Source of the DNA: Coleofasciculus sp. B1-GNL1-01
Lineage (GTDB): Bacteria > Cyanobacteriota > Cyanobacteriia > Cyanobacteriales > Coleofasciculaceae
NCBI GenBank assembly: GCA_040220235.1
Contig: JAVJTO010000097.1
Strand: one strand, 5' to 3'
DNA: 44,526 nucleotides
Both the position numbers and the translations under genes were made by a program. Positions within the stretch are counted from its first letter, which is position 1, and every line of letters starts with the position of its first letter. Below are positions 19,501-28,094 of this stretch, piece after piece. A model generated the notes under the pieces. It was not told where the DNA came from, made no database searches, and saw only the letters and a program-made list of their open reading frames with translations.

Positions 19501-21726
19501 ACGGCTAGTGTCACCGCTACGGAGGAAGACATCACACTCAATAGCCAAACAGGTTCAATTGATACGAGTCAAGGAACACTCACCGCCACTCAGGGTGATG
19601 TCAACCTCACCGTTAACTTGGGTAACATTACCACAGGAAACATAGAAGGAGAAAGCGTCAACCTCCAGGCAAATGACGGAATTACTACAGCCAATGTCTC
19701 TTCAACCAATGGCGCAATTACCTTTACCAGTCAATCAGGAGCTATACAAAGTGGTGATTTAACCGCCAAAGGAGAGACAGAAGAGGGAGAGACAGAAGAA
19801 AACACAGTAACTGTTACAACCTCAAATAATATTACAACGGGTAACATTGATACATCTTCAGAAACAGGTAAAGGGAAAGCGATCGCGCTCACCAGCGAAA
19901 CCGGAGATATTACAACACAGAATTTAAACTCATCGGGTCCATTGGGTGGAGGTTCTATCGATGCTTCCACCCTGGGTCAAATTACACTTGCAGAGGTTAA
20001 CTCCAGTTCTACTGGGGGTTTCGCGGGTTTAATCACGCTCAATAACGGTCAACCTGAATTCCTCAGAGACGCTCCGGGTATTGATCTGACGTTTATCAAT
20101 GCTCAAGGTTTGCCGAGAAATCCAGCAGCCATCTCATTGAGTCCAACAGAAACAGAAGGAACTGAAATTACTATTAACATCACCACGGATGGTTACTTTC
20201 GAGCAACAGGTACATTCGTTTCTCAAACTGGCTTACAAGCTAGTCTTGCCACAGGTGGTGATCCAATCGTGATTCGACATGGTGGTGGTACTGCCTTTGA
20301 TCCCTTTGAGGTTGGAAATGCGACCCAAAATGGCACAATAGGTGCCATTACAAACGGCAATGGATTTACCGGAACAATCTTACCCGTTCAATCTTTCACT
20401 CGTCCTGTTCGACAAGAAAACATTGAAATTATTTCTCGGATACCCTCTCAAAACAATCTGCCATTAACAAGTCTCTATCCTAACCTTTCAATGACTAGTC
20501 AAGTAGCTGATGCTGACCTGGAAATTTCTACGCTTGACAGCGTTCTCACTGATGCCTTTTCGGGATATTTAGGACCAAAACCCAGTGTTAACAATCCGGC
20601 TGATGCACCTAAAATACTGGCGCAAATTGAGAAACAAACGGGAGTAAAACCAGCATTTATGTATACCACATTTGTTGGCGGACGCCTGGAACTGAGAATG
20701 GTTTCGGCTGAGGATAAAAAGATTGTTAGTCTCCCTGATGTAACCCAAGAAACGATTGTGCAAACGGCGACAAAATTACGCCGTGAAATCACTAATCCCA
20801 TTAAACGGAGAACGACCAGTTATTTAGAACCCGCTCAACAACTGTATGAATGGTTAATCGCTCCCTTAGAAGCTGAGTTAGAGGCGCAAGGCATTCAGAA
20901 TCTGGTGTTCATTATGGATAGTGGTTTGCGTTCCTTACCTGTGGCAGCTCTCCATGATGGTCAAAACTTTTTAGTGGAAAAATACAGTGTGGGGTTAATG
21001 CCTAGTCTCAGTATTACCGACACCAGCTATAACAATATTCAAAATGCTCCCGTTTTAGCGATGGGAGTGGCTGAATCCAGTAGTCTGGCGAAAGAGCTGA
21101 ATCTGAGTCCTTTACCTGCTGTACCCCTAGAGCTTCAAACCATTGAAAGTATTCGCGATGGAGAAACTTTCCTGAATGAAAAAGTTACCCTAGAAACGCT
21201 CAAATCCCAAAGCCAAGATGCCACAATTGTACATTTAGCTACCCACGGTGAATTCAAACCGGGTCCTTTAGAAAATTCCTATATTCTCTTGTGGAATGAT
21301 TTACTGCGTTTAAACCAACTGCGAGAATTAGGCTGGAATGAGCGTCGCACCCCAATTGAATTGTTAATCCTGTCGGCTTGTCGTACAGCCGTGGGTGATG
21401 AAAACGCGGAGTTAGGGTTTGCTGGATTAGCGGTGCAAGCAGGTGCTAAGTCAGCGCTGTCAAGTTTGTGGTATGTCAGTGATGAAGGCACTTCTGGATT
21501 GATGACCGAGTTTTATCGGAAGTTACAAACCGCTCCAATTAAATCTGAAGCTTTACGACAAGCACAGTTAGCGATGCTGAATGGTGAGGTGCGCTTAGAA
21601 GGAGGACAATTACGGGGAAGTGGACAACCTGTTCCTTTACCGTCAACATTACAAGGTCAAGGGGATCAGTCTCTCTCACATCCCTATTATTGGGCAGCAT
21701 TTACTATGATTGGAAGTCCTTGGTAA
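13507..21726 (+). CDS. Giant filamentous-haemagglutinin-like protein (TPS N-terminal domain, beta-helical repeats) with C-terminal CHAT protease domain
   Basis: Signal-like N-terminus; NLFHSFQQF, NPAGI and GGFVETS; long N/T/G-rich repeats; CHAT motifs LATHGEF, LSACRT and HPYYWAAF. Start taken at ATG 13507. Confidence 0.92.
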   Translation: MNRVHLLTAAVTGFWLWVFSLGTSSEVLVLAQPITPAADGTGTIVTPDGNRIDISGGSLSADGKNLFHSFQQFGLNPEEVANFLANPDLNNILSRVVGGDASVINGLIQVTGGNPNLYIMNPAGIILGPSSQLNVPGDFAVTTADAIGFGDNLWFNAIGENDYQNLVGTPNQFAFDVPEAGSIVNAGDLAVSEGKNLTLLAGNVVNTGNLTAPGGSITVAAVPGSNLVKISRPGGLLSLEVEPPRTPEGDLLPVQPGDLAELLTGSGEEVDTGVEVNESGDVQLADTGVTLPQETGVAIVSGEINVSNVGTPSPSSSTGGEINVIGNKVGLIAANLDASGSHGGGTVRIGGGEKGLEAIPNADVTLISEDTRINADALDEGKGGRIIAWSDQTTRTYGDISARGGANWGNGGFVETSSAGFLDVPFAPDITAPAGDGGTWLIDPYNITISDGTNTIPLGGTAPDLNFTAAASDSVVNIDTLLAGLSSGNVTISTGTGGDQEGNITLATDLNFNGRGKRTLVLNAANNIIIDGKIFDSAPDAANSDFLSPILNAGGTVELNQNVSTGIGNIEINATGGITQAPGTTLNIGGATTLNAGASDINLDNPGNNFLFVSVDNANNVFLSDADNIVLNTSTITGNLDVTAQGNISQGAGSGPLRVDGTSSLTTNQANSTITLNNLNATEAISLNTNGTGGNATITNAQGVNLNTSNVGGNLNVTATAGNINQSGTVTVGGTSSLRTNQANSTITLNSLNATEAISLNTNGTGGNASITSNQQVNLGTSDVGGTLNVTATDVNINDTVAAGNATFVPTDSTSTIGIGDSASGNFNLTSADLTNIESNGTVTIGSNSVTGDVTINAVDLNNETFNLTVQGANPVFDGNVNLPNNLNVTATTGNITQNTGIKVDGTVTLQTGNSNDIILNNASNQFNEVAITTARNVELNNADDIQIKAATIFGNLNLTSNAAINQSPSSGSLRVDGTATLTAGNNQDINLNNTNNDFNEVVINNARDVTLNDTNDISFSNSNSTLQNLTLSSSNGNIVLGTTIVNGDLNVNSQGGGISQNSSTDTLTVNGTATLATGNSNNITLDNTNNDLSNVVVNRGNNVTLNDINTLNLNSASVSGGLTVTAANLSTTGVINAGSVNLTGNNGITLNDTIETSDVDNNNVTLTGTVTLGTNATINTDNANNDGNITINQSINGARNLTLNAGSGAITVGQAIGGTTALSNLNLNARDITLSNIGGISEGVTDTATLNATEAINFTGTTYNAQNQNYTAGTAFNLNNTTNFTSNDGAIAFNTGTIQGTNPATDLTLDAGTGSVTVDAIGNGNDINNLAIQGNSGITLNGDITTSDADTTINLNSPVTVGEDIVITNKEGEINFNSPVDGKTANSQSLTVEAENSTVVFNGAVGNSTPLKDLTVNNGASVTFNNRVTVTKDINLTADEIDFNGGLNSVSTPNQGTISLKPTTDNASIDIGSPASGQGLLDISDTDLAAIADGFSQITIGKDTGSGTIVMDSGGVSFRDPVTIQSPVQGGIINVDGNLTGTDEASITIDGADVYLGNPNNPQVEITTDGQNIIIGQNVHLHSDLVEVKTDAGAGDITFTGDVDGETDEKQSLTVAPGTGNVSFEGEIGQDVPLKQLRIGDNTTINADIVGTSTTIFNSLFVNAKQSRVAGIIKTRGGPIEFTGDVILVTDTTFDTFPEESPGATGGNVIFGATVSSSTENIPDQSSTSPFNLNINTGSGTVTFGGAVGAQNFDNGLQTTDLGSLTIESAGEVKAVLDGDASLPFAITTVAPETLPEDAPKGISILADSIDFSNANLEAEIVNLEATENISTASVTATEENITLNSQTGSIDTSLGTLTATQGDVNLTANQGDMTTADIEVTEGEVNLTATQGSVTTANVEAPTVNIQANNDINTASVTATEENITLNSQTGSIDTSLGTLTATQGDVNLTANQGDMTTGDIEVTEGVVDLTALDGSVTTANVEAPTVNILANNDINTASVTATEEDITLNSQTGSIDTSQGTLTATQGDVNLTVNLGNITTGNIEGESVNLQANDGITTANVSSTNGAITFTSQSGAIQSGDLTAKGETEEGETEENTVTVTTSNNITTGNIDTSSETGKGKAIALTSETGDITTQNLNSSGPLGGGSIDASTLGQITLAEVNSSSTGGFAGLITLNNGQPEFLRDAPGIDLTFINAQGLPRNPAAISLSPTETEGTEITINITTDGYFRATGTFVSQTGLQASLATGGDPIVIRHGGGTAFDPFEVGNATQNGTIGAITNGNGFTGTILPVQSFTRPVRQENIEIISRIPSQNNLPLTSLYPNLSMTSQVADADLEISTLDSVLTDAFSGYLGPKPSVNNPADAPKILAQIEKQTGVKPAFMYTTFVGGRLELRMVSAEDKKIVSLPDVTQETIVQTATKLRREITNPIKRRTTSYLEPAQQLYEWLIAPLEAELEAQGIQNLVFIMDSGLRSLPVAALHDGQNFLVEKYSVGLMPSLSITDTSYNNIQNAPVLAMGVAESSSLAKELNLSPLPAVPLELQTIESIRDGETFLNEKVTLETLKSQSQDATIVHLATHGEFKPGPLENSYILLWNDLLRLNQLRELGWNERRTPIELLILSACRTAVGDENAELGFAGLAVQAGAKSALSSLWYVSDEGTSGLMTEFYRKLQTAPIKSEALRQAQLAMLNGEVRLEGGQLRGSGQPVPLPSTLQGQGDQSLSHPYYWAAFTMIGSPW
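15481..15815 (+). repeat. Intragenic near-identical repeat, 219-bp period
   Basis: GTSSL.TNQANSTITLN.LNATEAISLNTNGTGGNA is encoded twice (about 15481-15596 and 15700-15815). Confidence 0.85.
19003..19620 (+). repeat. Intragenic tandem repeat, 249-bp (83-aa) period, ~2.5 copies
   Basis: TASVTATEE.ITLNSQTGSIDTS.GTLTATQGDVNLT starts at 19003, 19252 and 19501. Confidence 0.9.
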
Positions 21727-21819
21727 GGAGTAATTTGTAGTCAACACAAGTAGGTTGGGTTGAGGAACGTAGGCGAAGCCTTCTCGGAGAGTAACCCAAC
21801 TTATTTTAATGTTTTCCGG

Positions 21820-22839
21820 CTACGTATATGTTGCTAAAGTCTTGACATGAGCAACAGCCGCTGCAACGGTGACAGGTAATCTGTAGCCACCTCCATGAGA
21901 AGAAAGTACTGGACACCTATATTTCCTAGCAGCATCTAATACAATTTCAGTGAGTTTGCAGAAATCAGCATTCGTCCAACCTGTTGAACATTTACCACAA
22001 TCATCCCGATGTGAGTCATAACCCGAAAAAATAGTAATCAAGTCCGGTTTCCATGGAAGGCAATCTAGAGAGTGCTGGAAAATGTCGATGCTTTCATGTC
22101 CATTGTAAAACTTACCCGTTAGTCCCAATTCCTCTAAAACTTCAACGGGAAACGATGTATTTAGGATAGGAATATTACAGTGTCCAACAGCTTCAGCCGC
22201 CGTAGTTGTCCCATAGTTTAAGTCTGATGCTTTAGCCATATAAAGGTCTACAGCACTGTGAATGCTAATGCAATAAATGCTGGAATCATCGCTAAAAATT
22301 GACTGAGTACCATCCCCATGATGAATATCCCAATCAATCATCAAAACTTTCTCAAATCCTTGCACCTGAGCGTATCGTGCTGCCGCAGCCAGAGGATTTA
22401 AAAGGCAATAACCGTGTCCCAAATTACTGTAAGCATGATGTCCGACCATACTGAAACAATAGGTACGTTTCAGGTTTCCTTTTTTAATCTGATCAATTGC
22501 TTCCATCATGCCTCCTAAACCATAGAGATATCCGGGTAAACCATACTCCAAGCCTTCGCACTCAATACTCAATTTAGGTAGGGCAGCACTCACCTCATCG
22601 AGTGGCTTTTCAAGAGCTTTTAATCCAAGTTTTCGTAGATACTCAGGAGTATGAACGCTCTGGAAATTGCGCCGCTGGGCTTTTCTTAAGGGAAGTGTAG
22701 GATATTCAGCAAGAGCTTTGGCAAGAGCTTGTCGAACTTGGTTGTAGTAGGGAAAAGAATGCCCCATAAAGGAAATTGACTGAATTGGCTTAGACGTACA
22801 GAATGTTTGTGGGTGTAGATAGGTGGCAAAATCATTCAT
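21820..22839 (-). CDS. Histone deacetylase-family (zinc-dependent amidohydrolase) protein
   Basis: GHHA, GYCLLN, DWDIHHGDGTQ, SGYDSH, GGGY. Confidence 0.9.
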   Translation of the reverse strand: MNDFATYLHPQTFCTSKPIQSISFMGHSFPYYNQVRQALAKALAEYPTLPLRKAQRRNFQSVHTPEYLRKLGLKALEKPLDEVSAALPKLSIECEGLEYGLPGYLYGLGGMMEAIDQIKKGNLKRTYCFSMVGHHAYSNLGHGYCLLNPLAAAARYAQVQGFEKVLMIDWDIHHGDGTQSIFSDDSSIYCISIHSAVDLYMAKASDLNYGTTTAAEAVGHCNIPILNTSFPVEVLEELGLTGKFYNGHESIDIFQHSLDCLPWKPDLITIFSGYDSHRDDCGKCSTGWTNADFCKLTEIVLDAARKYRCPVLSSHGGGYRLPVTVAAAVAHVKTLATYT

Positions 22840-22866
22840 TTCCCTAAATCAAGGCTTATTCAAAAG

Positions 22867-25458
22867 TTATACTGCACTTTGGTCATGCAAGGGTATCATG
22901 ATTGTCATCGTTGTACCTACTCCTACTTCACTATTAACTGAAATCGTACCCCCTTGTATGTCTAGGCATTTCTTGACCACAGCTAATCCTAATCCGGTTC
23001 CGGGAATATTGCCAATATTCGTACCGCGATGAAATATACTAAACAATTTTTTCTGATCCTCTACAGGAATCCCAATCCCTTGGTCTTTGACTTGAAACGT
23101 CACTGTAGATTGACTACAGGTTACGATTAAATCTATTTGACCCCCTACCGGAGAATATTTAATGGCATTAGACAGTAAGTTGATTAAAATAGAACGTAAT
23201 AACTTCTCGTCTAAGCAAACAATAGTAGATTCATTTTGACTCAGTAAGTTAATCAAATAATCCGATCCAGCATTTAATTGCATCTCTTCAACTAACTGGC
23301 AGCAAAATTTTTCTAAATCGATGGGGTGAGGAGTAAACTCTAATTTGCCAGTTTCTGCTCGGCTAATTGTTAAAATGTCGCCCAAAAGCTGTGTCATTGT
23401 TTTAGCCGTTTTTTCGATGCGATCAATATTACGAATAATTTTATTATTTAATTCTTCTGAATAGTAATATTTCAGTAATTGAACACTAGCTAAAATGGTA
23501 CTCAATGGCGTGCGAAATTCATGAGATGCCATAGAAAAGAAATTAAGCTGGAGTTGTCTGAGTTCCTGCTCTTGTGCAAGTGCCAAACGGATTAATTCTG
23601 CTTGCTTGTGTTCGGTAATATCTTGGGCAGTACCGAGAATCTGTTGGGGTAAACCATCAGCCGTGCGAGTGAACACCATCTCGCGACTATACAGCCAACG
23701 CCATTCCCCGGATTTATGTTGAATGCGATACTCTGCCTCAATAATTTCTCCTTCTTTGGCTGTGGTCAATCGTTGAATAGTAGTAATCAGTTTGACTTGA
23801 TCATCGGGATGAACCAGATTTTGCGGAAATGTCGGTGCCATGGCTTGGATTTCTTCTGGGGAGTAGCCGATAAGTTGAGTGATTTGTTGATTGCTGTAAA
23901 TATTTCGCTTTTCAACTAGATCATACAGATATAAAGCAGTTGGCATCGCATGAGCAATGCGTTGAATAAACCGTTCACTTTCCCGCAGTTCTTGTTCCCG
24001 AATCCGAATTTCAGTAATATTGGTGGCGGCACAGGTAATGCCAATAACGTCTTTGGCGTGGTTTCGTAACGGTTCTACGGTTAAATCATAGTAGCGAACC
24101 TTGCCATCTACAATAATCGATACTTCTTTGCGCTCACCGACTCCTGTAGTCAAAACGCGATGTTTAATCGGAATGAGCTTTTTGGCATTTTCTGGAGTAA
24201 ACATTTCCGATTCTAGTTTACCGATGAGTAAGTCAGTATTAATCCGACTTGCCGGATTATAGACCCAGGTGTAGCGTAGATTTCTGTCTTGATTAAATAC
24301 TGTGATGGGTGAGTTATGCAAGGCTACGCGAAATCGTTCTTCGCTAATTCTTAAGGCGGCTTCTGCTTCCTGACGTTCATGAATTTGCGTCTGTAGATCT
24401 GCGTTCATCTGCATCAGTTCAGCCGTCCGTTCTTGAACTCTGATTTCTAGTTGATCACGGGCTTGACGCAGTTGGTCTTCAATGGATTGACGTTCAATTA
24501 ATTCCGTCTGAAGCTGTTGATAGAGTTGGGCTTGATGAATGGCGATGGTAACTTGGATGGCTAATTGATACAGTAAGTCAATTTCTAAGGATTGCCATTG
24601 TCTGGGTTGAGAACAGTGATGAGCAATCAGTAGTCCCCAAAGCTTTTCTTGTTGCAGAATGGGTACGACGAGTTTAGATTTGACACCTAACTGCTGGAGG
24701 AATTCCACTAAGCAGGGCGTTACTCCATCGGTTTCTGGATTGACTACGGTGCGAATCCGTCCTTGACAGTACAATTGATGCATCTGTTCGGGAAACACTT
24801 CCGCCGGAAACGTTTGTCCCAGAATTGGGGTGATACCCGGATTAACCGATTCCGCTACAGTACTTCCTGTACCATCAGACCAAATCCGATAGACTAAGAC
24901 TCGATCAACGCCAAGAAATTCTCGGACTTCGGTTACTGTGGTTTCGAGAATGGTGTCCAGATCTAGGGTTTGGCGGATACGTTGAGCGCTACTGAGGATG
25001 AGTTGCTCTCGTTGCGCCATTTGCTCTAAGGTTGTTTGGGACGTTGGGCGATCGCGACTTAACTCTAACTCGGCTTTGAATCTAGAATGCTGCTTCAGGA
25101 TCAACCCGCCCAACACCATAAGTATGGCGATGCTGAGACTATCCCCCAGAATTAGACTCAATTGGGTTCTCTGGATCTGAGTAACTATAGCCCTTAACTG
25201 TTCTTGTAACAACAGTTGTGCTTGCGCTGGGATCTGCTTCAAAAGCCACGGCTGGTGTTGAGCGATCGCAGAGGCGCTGTTGAGCTGAGACAATAAATCT
25301 TGCAGAGAATCCTGTAACTTGTCACTATAGTCCATCCATCGGGAAGCTTCCATCAGTTGAGTTAGGTGGCTATAGGACATGACACTAGCCCCTATAAAAA
25401 TAAGTAATGCCAGACAATAACCACCGATAATAACTTTGATACCGATAGATTTTGGCAT
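22867..25458 (-). CDS. Membrane-anchored cyanobacteriochrome sensor histidine kinase (green/red CcaS/RcaE-like GAF, PAS, PAS, HisKA, HATPase)
   Basis: Two TM segments; GAF with FPAEVFP and TPCLVEF..GVKSKLVVPI; SHEFRTPL; NLLSNAIKYS; DQGIGIP; GTGLGL. Confidence 0.85.
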   Translation of the reverse strand: MPKSIGIKVIIGGYCLALLIFIGASVMSYSHLTQLMEASRWMDYSDKLQDSLQDLLSQLNSASAIAQHQPWLLKQIPAQAQLLLQEQLRAIVTQIQRTQLSLILGDSLSIAILMVLGGLILKQHSRFKAELELSRDRPTSQTTLEQMAQREQLILSSAQRIRQTLDLDTILETTVTEVREFLGVDRVLVYRIWSDGTGSTVAESVNPGITPILGQTFPAEVFPEQMHQLYCQGRIRTVVNPETDGVTPCLVEFLQQLGVKSKLVVPILQQEKLWGLLIAHHCSQPRQWQSLEIDLLYQLAIQVTIAIHQAQLYQQLQTELIERQSIEDQLRQARDQLEIRVQERTAELMQMNADLQTQIHERQEAEAALRISEERFRVALHNSPITVFNQDRNLRYTWVYNPASRINTDLLIGKLESEMFTPENAKKLIPIKHRVLTTGVGERKEVSIIVDGKVRYYDLTVEPLRNHAKDVIGITCAATNITEIRIREQELRESERFIQRIAHAMPTALYLYDLVEKRNIYSNQQITQLIGYSPEEIQAMAPTFPQNLVHPDDQVKLITTIQRLTTAKEGEIIEAEYRIQHKSGEWRWLYSREMVFTRTADGLPQQILGTAQDITEHKQAELIRLALAQEQELRQLQLNFFSMASHEFRTPLSTILASVQLLKYYYSEELNNKIIRNIDRIEKTAKTMTQLLGDILTISRAETGKLEFTPHPIDLEKFCCQLVEEMQLNAGSDYLINLLSQNESTIVCLDEKLLRSILINLLSNAIKYSPVGGQIDLIVTCSQSTVTFQVKDQGIGIPVEDQKKLFSIFHRGTNIGNIPGTGLGLAVVKKCLDIQGGTISVNSEVGVGTTMTIMIPLHDQSAV

Positions 25459-25720
25459 TTGAGTTCTCCTCCGAAATAACAGCAGCTAGTGCATCACAGC
25501 TTCAAATAAGCGGTTCCCCATTTAGATTAGGATACCTAAAATCCTTCCAGGGAACAGGGAATCCTTTACATAGAACAGGGGCAAACGCTTGATATTTTTT
25601 ACAATTCTTAACTCCGTTAAGCCAATTGATGTCCAGGTCATTCCCTCTCTGTTCTCTTGAGCCAGTTTATTTTGAGGCGACCTCGTGATAAATTCATAAA
25701 AGAAAATAGTATTTCTATAG

Positions 25721-26401
25721 GTGAGAATTCTTCTAGTCGAAGATGATATTTATTTGGCTGAAGCTTTGGCTGAAGCCCTGGCGATACAACGGTATGCCGT
25801 TGATACGGTTTTCGATGGAGAGGCGGCTTGGGTGCAAGTGAATACCCTCGATTACGACCTAATTTTGCTCGATATGATGTTGCCAAAATTGGATGGGATT
25901 CATTTGTGCCAACGCTTACGTTCCCATGGTTATCAGATGCCAGTATTGATGATCACGGCTCGCGATACCAGTACGGATAAAGTTATCAGTTTGGACGCAG
26001 GCGCTGATGACTATATGGTTAAGCCTCTGGATATTCCAGAGTTACTGGCGAGAATTCGAGCGCTACTGCGACGAGGGCAAACGGTTTCTCCCCCTATTTT
26101 AGAGTGGGGACAATTGCGTTTAGATCCAGGGACTTATGAAGTCTGCTACGGCGATCAAACTTTACGCTTGACTCCCAAAGAATATAGTCTTTTAGAATTG
26201 CTGATTCGTAATGGGCGGCAAATTATGAGTCGGAGTGCCATTATTGAGCATGTTTGGTCTATCGATAATCCTCCCAAAGAAGATACGATTAAGGTGCATA
26301 TTAAAAGCCTGCGCTCCAAACTTCGAGCAGTAGGCGCTCCAGATGATTTAATTGAAACGGTACACGGTTTAGGTTATCGTCTCAAATCTGTTTCTGAATA
26401 A
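25721..26401 (+). CDS. OmpR-family response regulator, CcaR-like
   Basis: RILLVEDD, LLDMMLP, GADDYMVKP, EWGQLRLDPGTYEV, PPKEDTIKVHIKSLR, IETVHGLGYRL. Divergent from the CcaS-like kinase. Confidence 0.9.
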   Translation: MRILLVEDDIYLAEALAEALAIQRYAVDTVFDGEAAWVQVNTLDYDLILLDMMLPKLDGIHLCQRLRSHGYQMPVLMITARDTSTDKVISLDAGADDYMVKPLDIPELLARIRALLRRGQTVSPPILEWGQLRLDPGTYEVCYGDQTLRLTPKEYSLLELLIRNGRQIMSRSAIIEHVWSIDNPPKEDTIKVHIKSLRSKLRAVGAPDDLIETVHGLGYRLKSVSE

Positions 26402-26849
26402 CTGCAACTCAGGTGAATACACTTTACGCCCAGATGACCCAGTATCATAAATTTTAGCTGTACTCTACCCAGTCGCAAACCGCTATATCCAAACCGATTA
26501 GTTAGATCGCATAGTTAATTTACGCGATCGCGATAATTATTTCAACCCGTAGCCCTGTTGGAACTTGCCAGTAAACCGCAATCAGACGACGTTGAGAAAA
26601 AAGAGCGATCGCGGTCACTATCCGTTCTAGGAGTCTTTTTCACAAATGTACCCATTCGCCAGGGGTTTAAAAAATGGCTCTATACCTCACCAACTAAGCA
26701 TTTCGTTATTTTTTACAGGGGGAACTGCCTATTCATGCAAGCAGCGCATTGCGATTTCGCTGCCCAAATTTAACAAAAATATCTATGCAAATCTAGAAAT
26801 GCGGCTATAGTAGAGAAATCGAATTGAGGAAAAGCCCATTCCAGAGTTT

Positions 26850-28094
26850 GTGAGTCCAAAAGAAGCATCACAGCGCATAGGGGTTAGCGTGGATACCCTC
26901 AGGCGCTGGGAGGCGACGGGAAAGATTAAGGCAATGAGGACGCCAACAGGACACAGAAGGTACGACATGACGTCATTAGTTACGGGTAGCGAGGAAGTCA
27001 AAGAGCCTGATAGGGTGAATCTGATAGGAGAGGGTACGCTTCAACAGATAGCTAAGGGTCTATGTGAGTATGAACACCAAATCCCCAAAAGCCTCTCAGC
27101 CTATCCGGCTGTCTTGCAATTAGGGGTAAACAAGCTGGCACTTGCTTGTTTAATAGCCCGAGTGCGTCAACCGATACAAGGAGTTCCTGATTTTGTGTCC
27201 AGATGGGCGCAGCGCCCCTTAAAAGATTGGGATATAGAAATTGATTGTCCTGAAGAATGGCTCGATAAGCGACTGATAGAAGACCAAAAGCCGAGTGGGT
27301 TTTGTATTGAAACCGCAGGGGAATACTTCGATGAATGGGGTAATTTCCAAAAGAAAATAATTAATGAGGTAATGACTAAAGCCGCACAAAACCCGGAACT
27401 CTATACGAGGTTTAGGAAGTATCTTATAGAAAACCCTGTCGTAACAAGGGGTCAACTTTATGTTGACAGCGCTGTAGATTTTAAGCTCGTGCAAGACCTT
27501 CTGATACATAGCTATGAAAAAGCTCCAGAATCTTATAAGTTAAGTGAGAATTTTTACGGCTGCGGTCATTGTGGCGGTTTAATGTATGTAACAAAAGATA
27601 ATAATTTAAAATGTGAGAACAAACATTGTGCTAAAGAAAAAAAGAATCCTGTCCCTTTAGCCGAGCATCAGTCTGATGAAATCTTTTGGCTGAAGAAGGA
27701 TTTACGATATTTTATTCATCGTCCAGGGAAAGCCGAACTACGACTCGAAGGAAGATTGAAACAGTTAAACCGATTAGAAGTTAAGCTATATCCAGAACTC
27801 GACCAATATGACTTACATTTAGTTTTTTCAGATGGAACAGTCTGGGCGGTTGATGTCAAGTTTTGGGAATCAGCATATAACTTAGCCAAAAAAGTAAATC
27901 AGCCTATTCGCCAACTCAAGCATCAGCCTTACCATAAATCCTTTTTTGTCTTTCCTGATGAACTGAAAAGTTATGGTCAAGAGTACATCCAAGAATTTCG
28001 AGGTTACTGTCCCGTCTCGATCAAAAAATCTCAGGTAATGTTTGAAAGTGCCTTTGTCAAAAAAGTTATCAAAAAGCTAGGAAGTGAGAAATGA
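26850..28094 (+). CDS. pPIWI_RE-associated restriction-endonuclease-fold protein with N-terminal MerR/IS607-like HTH
   Basis: N-terminal GVSVDTLRRWE..GKI..RTPTGHRRY; YTRFRKYLIENPV; Zn ribbon CGHC...CENKHC; YPELDQYDL...WAVDVK (PD-(D/E)XK-like). ATGA overlap with the helicase gene. Confidence 0.85.
   Translation: MSPKEASQRIGVSVDTLRRWEATGKIKAMRTPTGHRRYDMTSLVTGSEEVKEPDRVNLIGEGTLQQIAKGLCEYEHQIPKSLSAYPAVLQLGVNKLALACLIARVRQPIQGVPDFVSRWAQRPLKDWDIEIDCPEEWLDKRLIEDQKPSGFCIETAGEYFDEWGNFQKKIINEVMTKAAQNPELYTRFRKYLIENPVVTRGQLYVDSAVDFKLVQDLLIHSYEKAPESYKLSENFYGCGHCGGLMYVTKDNNLKCENKHCAKEKKNPVPLAEHQSDEIFWLKKDLRYFIHRPGKAELRLEGRLKQLNRLEVKLYPELDQYDLHLVFSDGTVWAVDVKFWESAYNLAKKVNQPIRQLKHQPYHKSFFVFPDELKSYGQEYIQEFRGYCPVSIKKSQVMFESAFVKKVIKKLGSEK

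Noticed and set aside
13995..21491. Many antisense ORFs of 60-160 aa
   Set aside because: They are shadows of the biased codon usage in the giant plus-strand gene.
25459..25720. CcaR G-box direct repeat
   Set aside because: Only weak partial matches; not supportable.
26850..28094. IS607 transposon
   Set aside because: Only the HTH resembles TnpA; no serine recombinase domain or tnpB follows.
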